Shown piece after piece: positions 49,101 to 57,391 of a DNA stretch of 64,000 nucleotides. Location of the stretch: the IMG/VR virus record IMGVR_UViG_3300009506_000025, positions 1 through 64,000 of that record. One strand, given 5' to 3'. A program made the position numbers and the translations under genes. The stretch's first letter is position 1. The number at the start of each line of letters is the position of its first letter. Below the pieces are notes generated by a model, which did not search any database, was not told the origin of the DNA, and saw only the letters and a program-made list of their open reading frames with translations. This DNA is from a virus.

Positions 49101-49698
49101 CCGGGAGACGATCGCGGCGAGGATCGGCGGAACGCCCCAGGCGGCGCACTTCATCAGGGGCTCGGGTATCCCGGTCGAGGACCTCAACAAGATCGTGGTC
49201 GGGAGCCCCACCCGGACGGCCAAGAAGTTCGCCTCGTTCCTGCACCCCGCGCTCCTGGCAGGCCCCGAGGCGGCACTCAACGAGCAATTCTTCACCGGGA
49301 GGGAACTGACGGACCTCGAACCGATCACCGGAAACAGGCTCCTCGACTTTCTCATTGCACGCTCACCGGGCTCGCGCGTGGTAAGCGAGTTCCGCGGGTT
49401 GGCCGACGAGCGGAAGGCGTACTGGCAGCGGCTGTTGAACGCTACTACGGGAATCAAGACGGCCACCTACGACACGGAGTATTGGCGGACCAGGGACCTC
49501 AAGTCGGCCCTGGAGCGGCTGATGGCGGAGGACCCCCTGATCAAGGAGTCTACCTACCAGTGGGTTGTCAAGTCGGAACGGGAGACGGCGGCCGGGAAGG
49601 AATCGGCTAAGCTGCTGAGCCAGAAACGTAAGCTCTTGGCCAAGCTGGCAGAACTCCGCCGGCAAAAGGACCTTCAGTCACAAAAGGAGGGTAAGTGA
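46102..49698 (+). CDS. Large internal virion/ejection-like protein
   Basis: 1198 aa, helical; LDKPG.AVRG, ALDPL, WK......P...H.RN..SG, FDYS.MS.FE....R...FY.W.R.N.P. Confidence 0.75.
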   Translation: MATIPRPKLPKLTLGGANAAIKLPKAPSQADLSPEEEHGLLSEILRTSLGGVQYIGESLDKPGSAVRGFLATGDPSQLIHAVPFSETLGIDTEKKYSGRELLHKLGLASKNKPGFRGDVLGDLAGFGTEVALDPLWLLAGLPLVKGAVKGGEVGVKAIASAKTLGEAQKAFKAGSEAIKAGEQVLGRVPPTVPAALSKQIRQGVRGVVGLRIPGTKEPFVTFGAGSKFVPWVIDHTAYGRYSPIQWMRGLFSRSSGAKSVYQFGKGGIARAYDLAYAERMLRDDLVLELSSKMDQKAAGLFKHLAQIAEHHGGLGDTSAVDGFNRLLAELQSGMPKGKQFAQLFRESMQIPENIPLDQLVEVLDGQTQQLHTYIDMVLDLQNQGYHRVLDLGGHGELLEDLYVQHTARSRSMISQLRKEGKQYRERANFQPATRRKDIYRDVPGGSTTINGIAHDARLTGTKGLDKEAKIALKATIRQDLKNLGVDMPKNSTLEDLQGNLMWHQYIKRQLHDAWDKKITDPLGNATDDLGNTRFYKDGPLRGSPINRENEVRLWTDDEMRVPARVPADQEPFMERIPPKIERMVKRFSGMDPRVRERGIFDKAIMDDALEYTKAIHEWESTLRSAHHLLGQPGVVRKAAEGLGPGGKDTWQSLREVWQNTRVHYPGKKKGRRVLTDRGLETFVRENAEQLGIGADVLADPKRFTEAIDNLRVAPKVDRMLHSLMQTSLPQTQTEIGKLVDKVNSLWKGWLFTPWIAAHTRNLVSGLYQSWSDGHVSLPELLRGYYAAYKFLKKGGKLESLALLQREGILTKVGYLGDVLTPEALKEFGLPEGGVKWVAERYLHPIKAIREGGKTKYGPLNIPTALDPFAQRGWRKATPEARALGLGVPTNIPMETGERAYKLVEFLNRAGYAEALLKKGYTPSEIKHLVTRAQFDYSAMSHFERSYLSRAVLFYQWPRNNLPFTLSKLIDRPGGRTAQTLRALNSSLGQDPNDEYIPSFLRETIAARIGGTPQAAHFIRGSGIPVEDLNKIVVGSPTRTAKKFASFLHPALLAGPEAALNEQFFTGRELTDLEPITGNRLLDFLIARSPGSRVVSEFRGLADERKAYWQRLLNATTGIKTATYDTEYWRTRDLKSALERLMAEDPLIKESTYQWVVKSERETAAGKESAKLLSQKRKLLAKLAELRRQKDLQSQKEGK

Positions 49699-49889
49699 TG
49701 GCCAAGACCCACTGGATCGCCGGGGCGATCAAAAACCCCGGGGCCCTGACCAGGACGGCGAAGCGGGCGGGGAAGACGGTGGCCCAATACACAGCGCATC
49801 CCCCCAAGAACGCCAGCGCCAAGACGAAGCGGCGGATCGCCCTGGCTAAGACCCTGCGGAAGCTGGCAAAGCGGCGGAAGCACAACTAA
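49695..49889 (+). CDS. Small highly basic protein
   Basis: WI..AIK.PGAL...AK..G...TKRR..LA.TL.KL; AGGAGG SD. Confidence 0.8.
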   Translation: MMAKTHWIAGAIKNPGALTRTAKRAGKTVAQYTAHPPKNASAKTKRRIALAKTLRKLAKRRKHN

Positions 49890-50409
49890 CGCCCCTCAAT
49901 TCCTCCATAAGGAGGCGATGGAGGCGCTTACCATGCGCCCCGCGTGTAATTGTCTGATTACATGCTCTGGAAAACACCGAAGCGTCAAAGGCATCCGAGC
50001 AACTGTAGTATGGTTTTCCATTTGGCAATAGCGTAGGGCAGACGGCGCGGCGAGCCGCTAGCCGTGCGAACTTGGGGGTGCGTAGGAGGAGCCCAGAAGG
50101 TTCGCGCAGGCACGCTCTTGCGGCAGAGGCCCGGAAGCAATCCTTTCCAGTGCGCAGGTACTTCTCTACGGAGGGAGGCCGATCCCAAAGGTCAACAACG
50201 TCCAGGGCACATAGCCTGGAAAAGTGACGGAAAATCCCGCTAGCGTTGATGGCTGCCAGATAGTCAATATCGGTCTTCCAGCGGACACGGTAGGCAATGT
50301 CCCCCCTGGCGGCACCTAGAGCTACGATGGCAGTATAGTGTGGCTTGAGGCCAACCACCGCATCCCAGTCCGTAGGGCCAAATATCCACCCGTACTTCCA
50401 CCTGCTCAC
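49846..50409 (-). CDS. Hypothetical protein
   Basis: GTGA-coupled to the recombinase; no motif. Confidence 0.55.
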   Translation of the reverse strand: MSRWKYGWIFGPTDWDAVVGLKPHYTAIVALGAARGDIAYRVRWKTDIDYLAAINASGIFRHFSRLCALDVVDLWDRPPSVEKYLRTGKDCFRASAARACLREPSGLLLRTPKFARLAARRAVCPTLLPNGKPYYSCSDAFDASVFSRACNQTITRGAHGKRLHRLLMEELRGVSCASAALPASAGS

Positions 50410-51362
50410 TGAAACATCCTCCGGTAGCGGTTGAGGTTATCCATGCCCGGACGTTTGGCGGGCCCTCTCCTCCGGGCGGCCAGAAGATCCTTGGCCTCCT
50501 GCTCCTGCTCGGGTGTGGCTGGCTTATCCCATAGATCAGAGCCCTTGGCCAGGCGCTTGACGTGCCACCAGAAAGCCGAGTAGAGCGAGTAGGTCCGGTA
50601 GACGTGGTAGCCGTTCTCGACCGCTTGGGCGCACCAGAGCCGCCCCTCTTTGTTCCTCTCCTGCCTCCGGTAGAAGTCCTCGGCGATCGCAATCATCGCC
50701 TCGCCGCTGCTGTAGCGGAGGAAGATCTCCTGGATCAGGGCGCACTGCTTGTCGTCCCAGATGTCGAGCTTGCCGCATCCGTTCTTCCTCCCCGGGGGCG
50801 GAGGCCCTTTCATGGCCACCCTCCGCTTGGCAGGGCCCCCGCTGACGCCCATGGCCAGGCCGTGGGCGCGGCGGTACTTGTACTCCGCCTTGATCGTCTC
50901 GGAGAGCTGCTCGCTGAATAGCTGGGCCATCCCGGCGTAGATCGCCAGGAAGATGCCGCCCATCACCGTGTCCAGGTCGAAGCAGAGGCCCCCCATATCG
51001 AGAATATGGAGGTTCACGCCGCGGTCCAGCAGGAACCGGACGCAGTTGATCCCCTCGTGCATACTCCGTTCCAGCCGGTCGAGTCGCCAGACAAACATGT
51101 GATCCTCGCGCTCGATCGCGTCCAGGAGTTTCGCCAACTCGGGTCGGCGCTTCCGGTCATACCACCGGGTCTTGGTGGCTGAGCGGCCCTCGTCGCAGTA
51201 GAAAAAGACCTCCAGGGCCTTGCCGGTGCGGGGGTCGGTGGGCCAGAGCTGCGTAGCTCGCTCCAGGACCAGCTCCCGCTGCTTCTCGGGGGAGGCTACC
51301 TGTTCGAGGGTTGAGGCCCGGACGTAGCCGAAGACTCGGGCCTTGGGGTGTAGTTTGCTCAT
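50406..51362 (-). CDS. Serine recombinase (resolvase/integrase family)
   Basis: GYVRAST.EQ..S...Q, DEG.SA, RP.L..LL, VWRLDRL.RS; ~150-aa C-terminal extension. Confidence 0.92.
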   Translation of the reverse strand: MSKLHPKARVFGYVRASTLEQVASPEKQRELVLERATQLWPTDPRTGKALEVFFYCDEGRSATKTRWYDRKRRPELAKLLDAIEREDHMFVWRLDRLERSMHEGINCVRFLLDRGVNLHILDMGGLCFDLDTVMGGIFLAIYAGMAQLFSEQLSETIKAEYKYRRAHGLAMGVSGGPAKRRVAMKGPPPPGRKNGCGKLDIWDDKQCALIQEIFLRYSSGEAMIAIAEDFYRRQERNKEGRLWCAQAVENGYHVYRTYSLYSAFWWHVKRLAKGSDLWDKPATPEQEQEAKDLLAARRRGPAKRPGMDNLNRYRRMFQ

Positions 51363-52042
51363 GGTTTCACTCCATTCACCCGTACTAAGGCAGTAAGGTA
51401 GCGGAGGGGCCGCCGCTTCCCCTCCGCATTGACGAGATTGTCGCCGTTCACGGCAAGCAACTTGCGATCGGCTTTGCGGCGGAGGTAGATCTCCTTGTTA
51501 GAGCTGATCCAGCGGTATCCGTGGGGGTGGGGAAAGAAGTAGGTCTCCCCGTAGAAGTGATAGCGGAGGCCCCGGTGGGAGATGAACCCCCAGCTCTCCA
51601 CGCACGGCTGGTAGATGTACTTGGTGTACGTGCAGCGGCTTGAGTACCTGCCCTCGTTGTGCGTGAGAACAATGAGTGGACTGCCGTTTATCCCGGCAAG
51701 CCCAGCGCAGGCCGCAATCCAGTTCTTATACCTCGGACAAGCCTCCCGGCCCCTTTCGAGGGCCCATCGCGCCTGCATTGGCCCTAGAGGGATCAGGTGT
51801 CGCCGGCACCTTAGTCGCTCCTGAAGTGGAGGCGGCCAGCGCCTACTGCGGCGCCTGGCACGCCGTTTTGCCTTGACGATGGCCGCGGGGATCGTGTCGT
51901 GGAGCCTCCCGAAGAGTTTTAGCGCCTGGTAGTGCTTCTTGATAGAGCGGGATTCAAGGCACTCGGCGCTGCTCATATCCGCGATCTGGGCAGCCCAGAT
52001 CAGGTCCTCGAACCCCGTGATTGCTCTGGTAGTTGTGGGCAT
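51359..52042 (-). CDS. Basic hypothetical protein
   Basis: ATGA overlap with the recombinase; GRYSSRCTY motif. Confidence 0.65.
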   Translation of the reverse strand: MPTTTRAITGFEDLIWAAQIADMSSAECLESRSIKKHYQALKLFGRLHDTIPAAIVKAKRRARRRSRRWPPPLQERLRCRRHLIPLGPMQARWALERGREACPRYKNWIAACAGLAGINGSPLIVLTHNEGRYSSRCTYTKYIYQPCVESWGFISHRGLRYHFYGETYFFPHPHGYRWISSNKEIYLRRKADRKLLAVNGDNLVNAEGKRRPLRYLTALVRVNGVKP

Positions 52043-52254
52043 GATTCTTTCCAGCATTCTCGAAGGGAACGGATAAACTGCTCCAGGCCCGCGGCAGCGG
52101 TGCAGAGCAAGAATGCACGATTGACGATCTTGGGTTCCTCGAACTCAGGGATTCCCCCCTCCGTTTTCAGCGTGCCGCAGCGCGGGCACCAGAAGACCTT
52201 GGGCAGGCCGCCGTTCACTCGCTGCATCGTGTGGTCGCAGGTTTTGCAGGCCAT
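52000..52254 (-). CDS. Zn-ribbon small protein
   Basis: C..CDHTM...WCPRCG; GGAG SD. Confidence 0.7.
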   Translation of the reverse strand: MACKTCDHTMQRVNGGLPKVFWCPRCGTLKTEGGIPEFEEPKIVNRAFLLCTAAAGLEQFIRSLRECWKESCPQLPEQSRGSRT

Positions 52255-52258
52255 GTTC

Positions 52259-52486
52259 TTAATCTCCAGTCTTGATATCTGTGTGATCCTCGTACCAGGC
52301 GCAATCGTTGCAGATTACTCGCGGATCATAAGGTTCGCTCTCATGCTGATGGGGGCGCCCATAGACTTCACCGCTCTGCGATACCGCGAGGTAAGCATAG
52401 TGCGTCACGTCGCAGGCGTAGACTAGGCACTCGCTTCCGCACTGCGGACATACGGCCTTGCCGTCCTGTACCCTGACTTGCGTCAT
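52259..52486 (-). CDS. Zn-ribbon small protein
   Basis: CPQCGS...C..C; AAGGAG SD. Confidence 0.75.
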   Translation of the reverse strand: MTQVRVQDGKAVCPQCGSECLVYACDVTHYAYLAVSQSGEVYGRPHQHESEPYDPRVICNDCAWYEDHTDIKTGD

Positions 52487-52503
52487 CGCTCACTCCTTTC
52501 GTG

Positions 52504-52779
52504 TTAGAAGTTGCACATATTCTCCACCCAGCGGTTCGGGTCCTTGGACTTGAGGAATCGCTTTGCAGGCTCCAGCAGTTCGCCCACATTGACCCCCAGA
52601 ACTTGCTCGGCAATCGTCACCAGGGCCGAGGGATAGGTTATGAAAGCGAGTTCGGCCGCTACCTTTCCTCGCTCCTCCCCGGAGAGATTGTGGTCAGCTT
52701 TGGCTGTCACCACCAGCAGAGACGCTATCCGGTTGGTCCACATCGCCCTCTCCGACTCGGTCCACTCCATCTTGGCCAT
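52504..52779 (-). CDS. Hypothetical protein
   Basis: AGGAGG SD before MAKMEW. Confidence 0.7.
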   Translation of the reverse strand: MAKMEWTESERAMWTNRIASLLVVTAKADHNLSGEERGKVAAELAFITYPSALVTIAEQVLGVNVGELLEPAKRFLKSKDPNRWVENMCNF

Positions 52780-53053
52780 CACTATCCTCCTTTCGAGGTT
52801 CGGGTTTCCGCTCTCCGCTTCCAAGGACCTTGTCGATCCGTGCTCTTAGGTTCGGCGGTAATTCCCAGCCGCCGGGTATAGTGCGCGCCTGCTCGGCCCG
52901 CAGCTTGGCTCTTTCCTGGGCAATCTCCGTAGAGAGCCCCTGTGCCCAGACCGTCCCGGGGATCAGGTGCAGCGAGGCTTCCCCTACGGAAGGCCCCGCG
53001 TACACATTGATCCCCGTGGAGATCCTGGTCACGCAGTAGATGGTTTCGATCAT
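52694..53053 (-). CDS. Hypothetical protein, paralog of 1670-1924
   Basis: GAGGAG SD; starts MIETIYCV; alignment by eye. Confidence 0.7.
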   Translation of the reverse strand: MIETIYCVTRISTGINVYAGPSVGEASLHLIPGTVWAQGLSTEIAQERAKLRAEQARTIPGGWELPPNLRARIDKVLGSGERKPEPRKEDSDGQDGVDRVGEGDVDQPDSVSAGGDSQS

Positions 53054-53232
53054 TGCTTCTCCTCTGAGATCAGGCAGATGAGGTGATCCCCGGCCCATTT
53101 CTTCAGCTTGTCTTCCGGGAACACGTCCTCGGGTTTCATGTTCTCTCCGATCCACGTCATGGCCTTGGCAAGGAGCGCGTCAGATACCATAGCGTTTCGG
53201 AATAGAACCTTTGGGGAATTCCAGCTACTCAT
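53050..53232 (-). CDS. Small protein, tandem paralog of 53234-53407
   Basis: VSD.LL..A..WI.EN.KPEDVF.E..L..WA. Confidence 0.75.
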   Translation of the reverse strand: MSSWNSPKVLFRNAMVSDALLAKAMTWIGENMKPEDVFPEDKLKKWAGDHLICLISEEKQ

Positions 53233-53233
53233 T

Positions 53234-53407
53234 TCATTCCTCCTCGTAATGAAGCCCATTGTCCAGTGCCCACGTTTCCAGCTCCGATTCACCAAACACA
53301 TCTTCGGGTTTCAGATTCTCCGCGATCCAGTCTATCGCTTCGTCGAGCAGGGAATCTGATACGATGAACTCCTTGAACTTCTTGTTGGCGGAAAAACTGA
53401 CGGTCAT
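53234..53407 (-). CDS. 57-aa acidic protein
   Basis: MTVSFSANKKFKEFIVSDSLLDEAIDWIAENLKPEDVFGESELETWALDNGLHYEEE; GGAGG SD; not in the ORF track. Confidence 0.75.
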   Translation of the reverse strand: MTVSFSANKKFKEFIVSDSLLDEAIDWIAENLKPEDVFGESELETWALDNGLHYEEE

Positions 53408-53408
53408 C

Positions 53409-54698
53409 TCACTTATCCTCCATCACGAGTTTGGTAATCCAGTCCGGTACGCGATCGGCGCGATGCTTTCGTGTGAGGCACGCCACCACGGCGGGCTGGA
53501 GACGGTGCCTGGGCCAGCCGGTGTCTCCATCGGTGACCACGATGATTGCGTTGGGGGCCGGGCGGAGCTTTGCCGCCTCTTCGATCAGCCGCCCCATATC
53601 GGTGCCCCCGCCGCCCGCCAGCTTGACATCCTGGGCGCGGAAGACCTTTTGGGTGGATCGGATACAGGTGTCCCCGGCCACCACCGTCAGCCCCTCGGCG
53701 GGGACGTTCCTGAGCCCCTGGGCGATCAGCCCCAGTCCCTTCTCCAGGTCGGCGGTGCCCATCGACCCCGAGGTATCCACGCCCACGACCACCCGGGGCA
53801 TCGGTTTGTGCTGGGCAGGGAGTCGCAGTCCACCGGGCGGGGACCTCCGGGGGAACTTCTTCCAGGTATAGTCCCCTCGGCCGTTCTCGTGGTGAGCAGC
53901 GAACCGGACCAGGGAAGGGAGAACCTTCCAGGGGTCCACGGTGGGGTGGAGTTTCTGCTGGGCGAACCGGGTCAAGTAGCCCGGTACGTCGCCCCGCCCC
54001 GAGGCCCCCTCGACCCGCTGGGCGACGTCACGCTCCAACATCTCCCGGTTGAAGGCATCCATGCCGGGGGTGTCGCACTGATCCGGTGGAGGGTCATCCC
54101 AGGGGCGTTTCCGGCCATCGGCCCCGCTGCCCCCTCCCTGCCTCCCAGGCTCGGGAGGCTCAGAGGGCTCTGTGGAGACATCCTGGCCGCCTCCCTCTCC
54201 GCCGCCTCTGCCTTCTCCGCTCCCGGGCTTCGGCTTTCCCTGCTGCTGGGGGAGCTGGTCGTAATACTGCTCCACCGAGAGGTTGGGCTCCAGCCCGAAC
54301 TTCTCGGGGATCAGCCAGTCCTTGCCGATGGGAACCCTGCACTCCCGGACTACCTGGTTTACCACCAGGTCCGCGGCGATGTTCCACCGCTTCCAATCCC
54401 CCTCCGTGGCAGCGGCCCCCACATGCGCCTCGGCCCGCTCGAAGTGGCGCAGGAGGACGTGGAGGGCCTCGTGCAGGATCATCCCCGAGCACTCGTCGAT
54501 TTCCCGCTCTGCGAATACTGCGGGGTCGTAATAGAGCCTCATGTACTCGTCCACGGCCAGCGTCCCCATGCCCGGCCTTTCGACCGGGATGAGCGACGCT
54601 ACGTGGCTGTAGAGGTACGGGGCATAGACGTTGGTGCGATACCTGGCTTCGCAGAGCCCAAAGGGGTACTGCTTGGCCGGTTTACTGGTGCGCTTCAT
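53409..54698 (-). CDS. DUF2201-type putative metallopeptidase with vWA-like domain
   Basis: T.AVD...LYY.P, HE.LH..LRH..R, WNIA.D..VN, VDTSGSM (MIDAS), GGGGTDM, TDG.T.WP. Confidence 0.9.
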   Translation of the reverse strand: MKRTSKPAKQYPFGLCEARYRTNVYAPYLYSHVASLIPVERPGMGTLAVDEYMRLYYDPAVFAEREIDECSGMILHEALHVLLRHFERAEAHVGAAATEGDWKRWNIAADLVVNQVVRECRVPIGKDWLIPEKFGLEPNLSVEQYYDQLPQQQGKPKPGSGEGRGGGEGGGQDVSTEPSEPPEPGRQGGGSGADGRKRPWDDPPPDQCDTPGMDAFNREMLERDVAQRVEGASGRGDVPGYLTRFAQQKLHPTVDPWKVLPSLVRFAAHHENGRGDYTWKKFPRRSPPGGLRLPAQHKPMPRVVVGVDTSGSMGTADLEKGLGLIAQGLRNVPAEGLTVVAGDTCIRSTQKVFRAQDVKLAGGGGTDMGRLIEEAAKLRPAPNAIIVVTDGDTGWPRHRLQPAVVACLTRKHRADRVPDWITKLVMEDK

Positions 54699-54997
54699 CT
54701 CTCCCTCCTTTCTAATGCGGCACTGCCCCCAGAGGCTTTACGGTCCTCTAGCACCTTAACCACCTCGGCTCTGTCCTCGTCTTTTCGCTCCTGGAACCAC
54801 TTGTGGGCCAGGGTCGCCCCCAGCCCGGTGATCCCGTTGGCTACTGCGCTGCTGGTGTGGCCCTCTGCCTCCAGGAGCCCACGCCACTTGGCGCTGTCGT
54901 ACTTCTTCATCGTGATCACCGTCCCCACGGGGAGGTCGCGCAGGGCCGCAGCCTTCTGCTTACTGCGGCGCTGACGGTAGGCTTTGCTGCCTGGCAT
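54695..54997 (-). CDS. Basic hypothetical protein
   Basis: GGAGG SD; lies between the MoxR and vWA genes. Confidence 0.65.
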   Translation of the reverse strand: MPGSKAYRQRRSKQKAAALRDLPVGTVITMKKYDSAKWRGLLEAEGHTSSAVANGITGLGATLAHKWFQERKDEDRAEVVKVLEDRKASGGSAALERRER

Positions 54998-54999
54998 GT

Positions 55000-56220
55000 T
55001 CAGTTCCTCCCACTCGGGGTTCCACGGAGGGCCCGGTCGATGCGGGGGAAGAGTTCCTTCAGGAACTCACCGGACCACTTGGCCCCCTGCGGCATGGCCG
55101 AAGCCAGGGGCTTCGCACACGCCAGGGCCACGTCCATCGCCTGCTGGGAGGCGAGGTAGAGGATGTGCATCCCCGCTTCCCATCGCGGCGGGGTGTTGTC
55201 GGAGATCACCGCCTGGTTGATCCCCGCCATCATGGCCATCACCTTGTCCGGGCGGTCGGGGTGATGGTAGTCCATCGGATTACCGGAGCTGAGGGCGTCC
55301 AGCGCCTTCTGGATCAGCTCCTCGGGGTCCGGGAGATCGAGGTTCTCCAGCCACTGGAACAACTCCAGGGCCACGGCCTCGCCTACCAAGCCGCGGGCGA
55401 GCTGGAGGGAGATCCCCTTCTCTGCGTTGACGCTACGCGCCGCAGCCATGCACCGGATGGTGTACTCCCAGGTCCGGGGGCTCGGCCACGGGCCGCCCTG
55501 CTGCATCCGATCCTCGGGGAACTGGCTCAGTCGGCCGGGCAGGTGGCGGTGAAACGCGGAAACCAGTCCACCGATCCCCACGATATGCTGCTCCCAGTCG
55601 TCCGGGAGGACGGGAAACTGCGGCGCGCCGAACTTGAGCCCGTTGGCATAGCCGTCCAGCACGGCATCCGTATCCCGCTCCCACTGGTGGTGATACAAAC
55701 GATTCGCCATTGGGGGAGAGAACTCGATCCCGTTGGCCGCCTGGTCGGGAGGATTGCAGGCGCCCATTATCCAGGTGTCTTCGGGGAGTTTTAGGTCTCC
55801 CACGTAGCGCTCGACGAGAATCCTGAGCATGGCTGCCTGGACGGCCGGGGGAATGGTGGTCAGCTCGTCCAGGAAGATGATCCACTTTCTGGACTCGTCA
55901 CAGCACGCGGCGGCCCACTCGGGCGGGATGATCTTCATCACGTCCCGGGAATCGCCATTGACCCCGATCTTGGCGGGGTAGGGATAGCCACCGATGTCGG
56001 CGGGGTCACGCAGACCGCCGATCAGGGTGTAGAGGGATCGATCCACCGCATTTCCGAAAGCATAGGTGGTCATGGATTTTGCGTCCCCGGGCATCCCTAT
56101 GGCCACGGGGGTCACTCCGGTCTGCACGCAGATCCAGAACGCCTCATTGGGCCAGGTCTGTCGCCCGGAGGCATTGCTCCAGGCCGGGGCGGCGGGGGCG
56201 GAGGTTGCAGCGGACATCAC
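55000..56220 (-). CDS. MoxR-family AAA+ ATPase
   Basis: G.PG.AKS Walker A, IFLDEL Walker B, P..VQAA.L, A.NPP, P.ANR, PSPRTW. Confidence 0.92.
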   Translation of the reverse strand: MMSAATSAPAAPAWSNASGRQTWPNEAFWICVQTGVTPVAIGMPGDAKSMTTYAFGNAVDRSLYTLIGGLRDPADIGGYPYPAKIGVNGDSRDVMKIIPPEWAAACCDESRKWIIFLDELTTIPPAVQAAMLRILVERYVGDLKLPEDTWIMGACNPPDQAANGIEFSPPMANRLYHHQWERDTDAVLDGYANGLKFGAPQFPVLPDDWEQHIVGIGGLVSAFHRHLPGRLSQFPEDRMQQGGPWPSPRTWEYTIRCMAAARSVNAEKGISLQLARGLVGEAVALELFQWLENLDLPDPEELIQKALDALSSGNPMDYHHPDRPDKVMAMMAGINQAVISDNTPPRWEAGMHILYLASQQAMDVALACAKPLASAMPQGAKWSGEFLKELFPRIDRALRGTPSGRN

Positions 56221-56281
56221 AGCTCCTTTCAGTTGGGGGTTTTCCTCCAGTCAACTCGAATAAAGCCCTTGGCGTTCGGGT

Positions 56282-56352
56282 GTCGGCTCAGCCCCTCTCC
56301 GCCGTCCCTCGACGGCGGGTGAGGGCGGGGCGGGCGTTGATTTTCACGATAG
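56282..56352. repeat. Palindromic dispersed repeat, copy 1
   Basis: AGCCCCTCTCCGCCGTCCCTCGACGGCGG(G)TGAGGGCGGG core; matches 57094-57160. Confidence 0.85.
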
Positions 56353-56361
56353 TGGTGGCGG

Positions 56362-56553
56362 TCAATCGCCCTCGTCTTCAGAAAGTGGGCTTTCGAGTGA
56401 AGTCACCCACCATGTTTCGTCGGTCAAGTCTGTTTTTCCATTGCAGTCAGCCCACTTTACAGCTTCATCGGCCGACTCAAATGGTCCCCAAAATACTAAG
56501 CCTCCCTCAATGGGGTTCCCAGAAATTACGATGTGTTGCAGTTTGTTACTCAT
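56362..56553 (-). CDS. Small acidic phage protein
   Basis: G.P..G..F.GPF....EA..W; preceded by the shared leader motif. Confidence 0.75.
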   Translation of the reverse strand: MSNKLQHIVISGNPIEGGLVFWGPFESADEAVKWADCNGKTDLTDETWWVTSLESPLSEDEGD

Positions 56554-56586
56554 CGCGTTTTCCCTTTCGCTAGTGGTGGTTACTGT

Positions 56587-56787
56587 TCACTGCTTTGTTT
56601 TGTTTGCCTTCTGGCACAGCGGACATTTTCTGCATGGTTTGTTACAATGTGCCCCGTCGTAGTAGTGTTTTACTGCTTCTAGGACTCCCGAAAGTGTCTT
56701 AGATTGTACTCGGAAGCCTCTGGCTCCCATTCCAGGGCACGATACCAGTATCGAATACCCGTAACCGTGATTACTAATAGTCAACAT
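56587..56787 (-). CDS. Small Cys/His protein
   Basis: Starts MLTISNHG after the shared leader; HC...C..CP.C. Confidence 0.7.
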   Translation of the reverse strand: MLTISNHGYGYSILVSCPGMGARGFRVQSKTLSGVLEAVKHYYDGAHCNKPCRKCPLCQKANKTKQ

Positions 56788-56855
56788 CGGTTTCCCTTTC
56801 GCTAGTGGTGAACCTCCCGCTCCACTCTGCGGGCGAGTTGCCGGCTTGGCCGCAA

Positions 56856-57056
56856 TTAACCGCAAAACGGAATGAATACGATATTGCCGATCTCCCACCC
56901 GATAGTATCGCGCTTGACATAAAATCCGTAGTCAGCAGCGTATTTTTTAGCCTTGCCTTCCTCGGTGAAAACTGCTACCACCTGTCCAGAATACTGGCCC
57001 TTTAGCGGCTCGCACACCAGGTAGCGTGTGGGCCGCTCGCGTGCTGGGGTCTTCAT
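56856..57056 (-). CDS. Small hypothetical protein
   Basis: GGAGGTG SD; V.AVF..E.KA..Y. Confidence 0.7.
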   Translation of the reverse strand: MKTPARERPTRYLVCEPLKGQYSGQVVAVFTEEGKAKKYAADYGFYVKRDTIGWEIGNIVFIPFCG

Positions 57057-57093
57057 CACCTCACCTCCCATTGCTAGAGTTACGCTGCCGGAA

Positions 57094-57160
57094 GTCGGCC
57101 AGCCCCTCTCCGCCGTCCCTCGACGGCGGTGAGGGCGGGTGCTGTTTTGATTCTCATGGT
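57094..57160. repeat. Palindromic dispersed repeat, copy 2
   Basis: Core differs from copy 1 by a 1-nt indel. Confidence 0.85.
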
Positions 57161-57182
57161 ATTCCCTTTCGCTAGATGGTAA

Positions 57183-57377
57183 TTACCAGTCAACCTCGAT
57201 TTCGTCGGTGCCGTAAGCTAATTTGAGCCTTCCCACACAACCAGATCTTCCGCATAGTTCACAGTTCACGTCGATGTAAACTGCATCACCTTCCCAGTCA
57301 GCATGAAATGAGCACATATCTGGAACATGCTTGCCCGACTTGGATTTGGGGCAATGATCGGGGTCTTTCTCGATCAT
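57183..57377 (-). CDS. Small Zn-binding protein
   Basis: CP.S..G.H.PD...DV.C..CGRSG; shared leader. Confidence 0.75.
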   Translation of the reverse strand: MIEKDPDHCPKSKSGKHVPDMCSFHADWEGDAVYIDVNCELCGRSGCVGRLKLAYGTDEIEVDW

Positions 57378-57391
57378 GGTATTCCCTTTCG

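Noticed and set aside
47758-49287. 509-aa minus-strand ORF (also 30612-31859, 33946-34944, 36417-37376, 3698-4786)
   Set aside because: Antisense shadows of real genes, with no motifs.
53259-54974. 571-aa plus-strand ORF
   Set aside because: Antisense shadow of the well-supported vWA-peptidase gene in GC-rich DNA.
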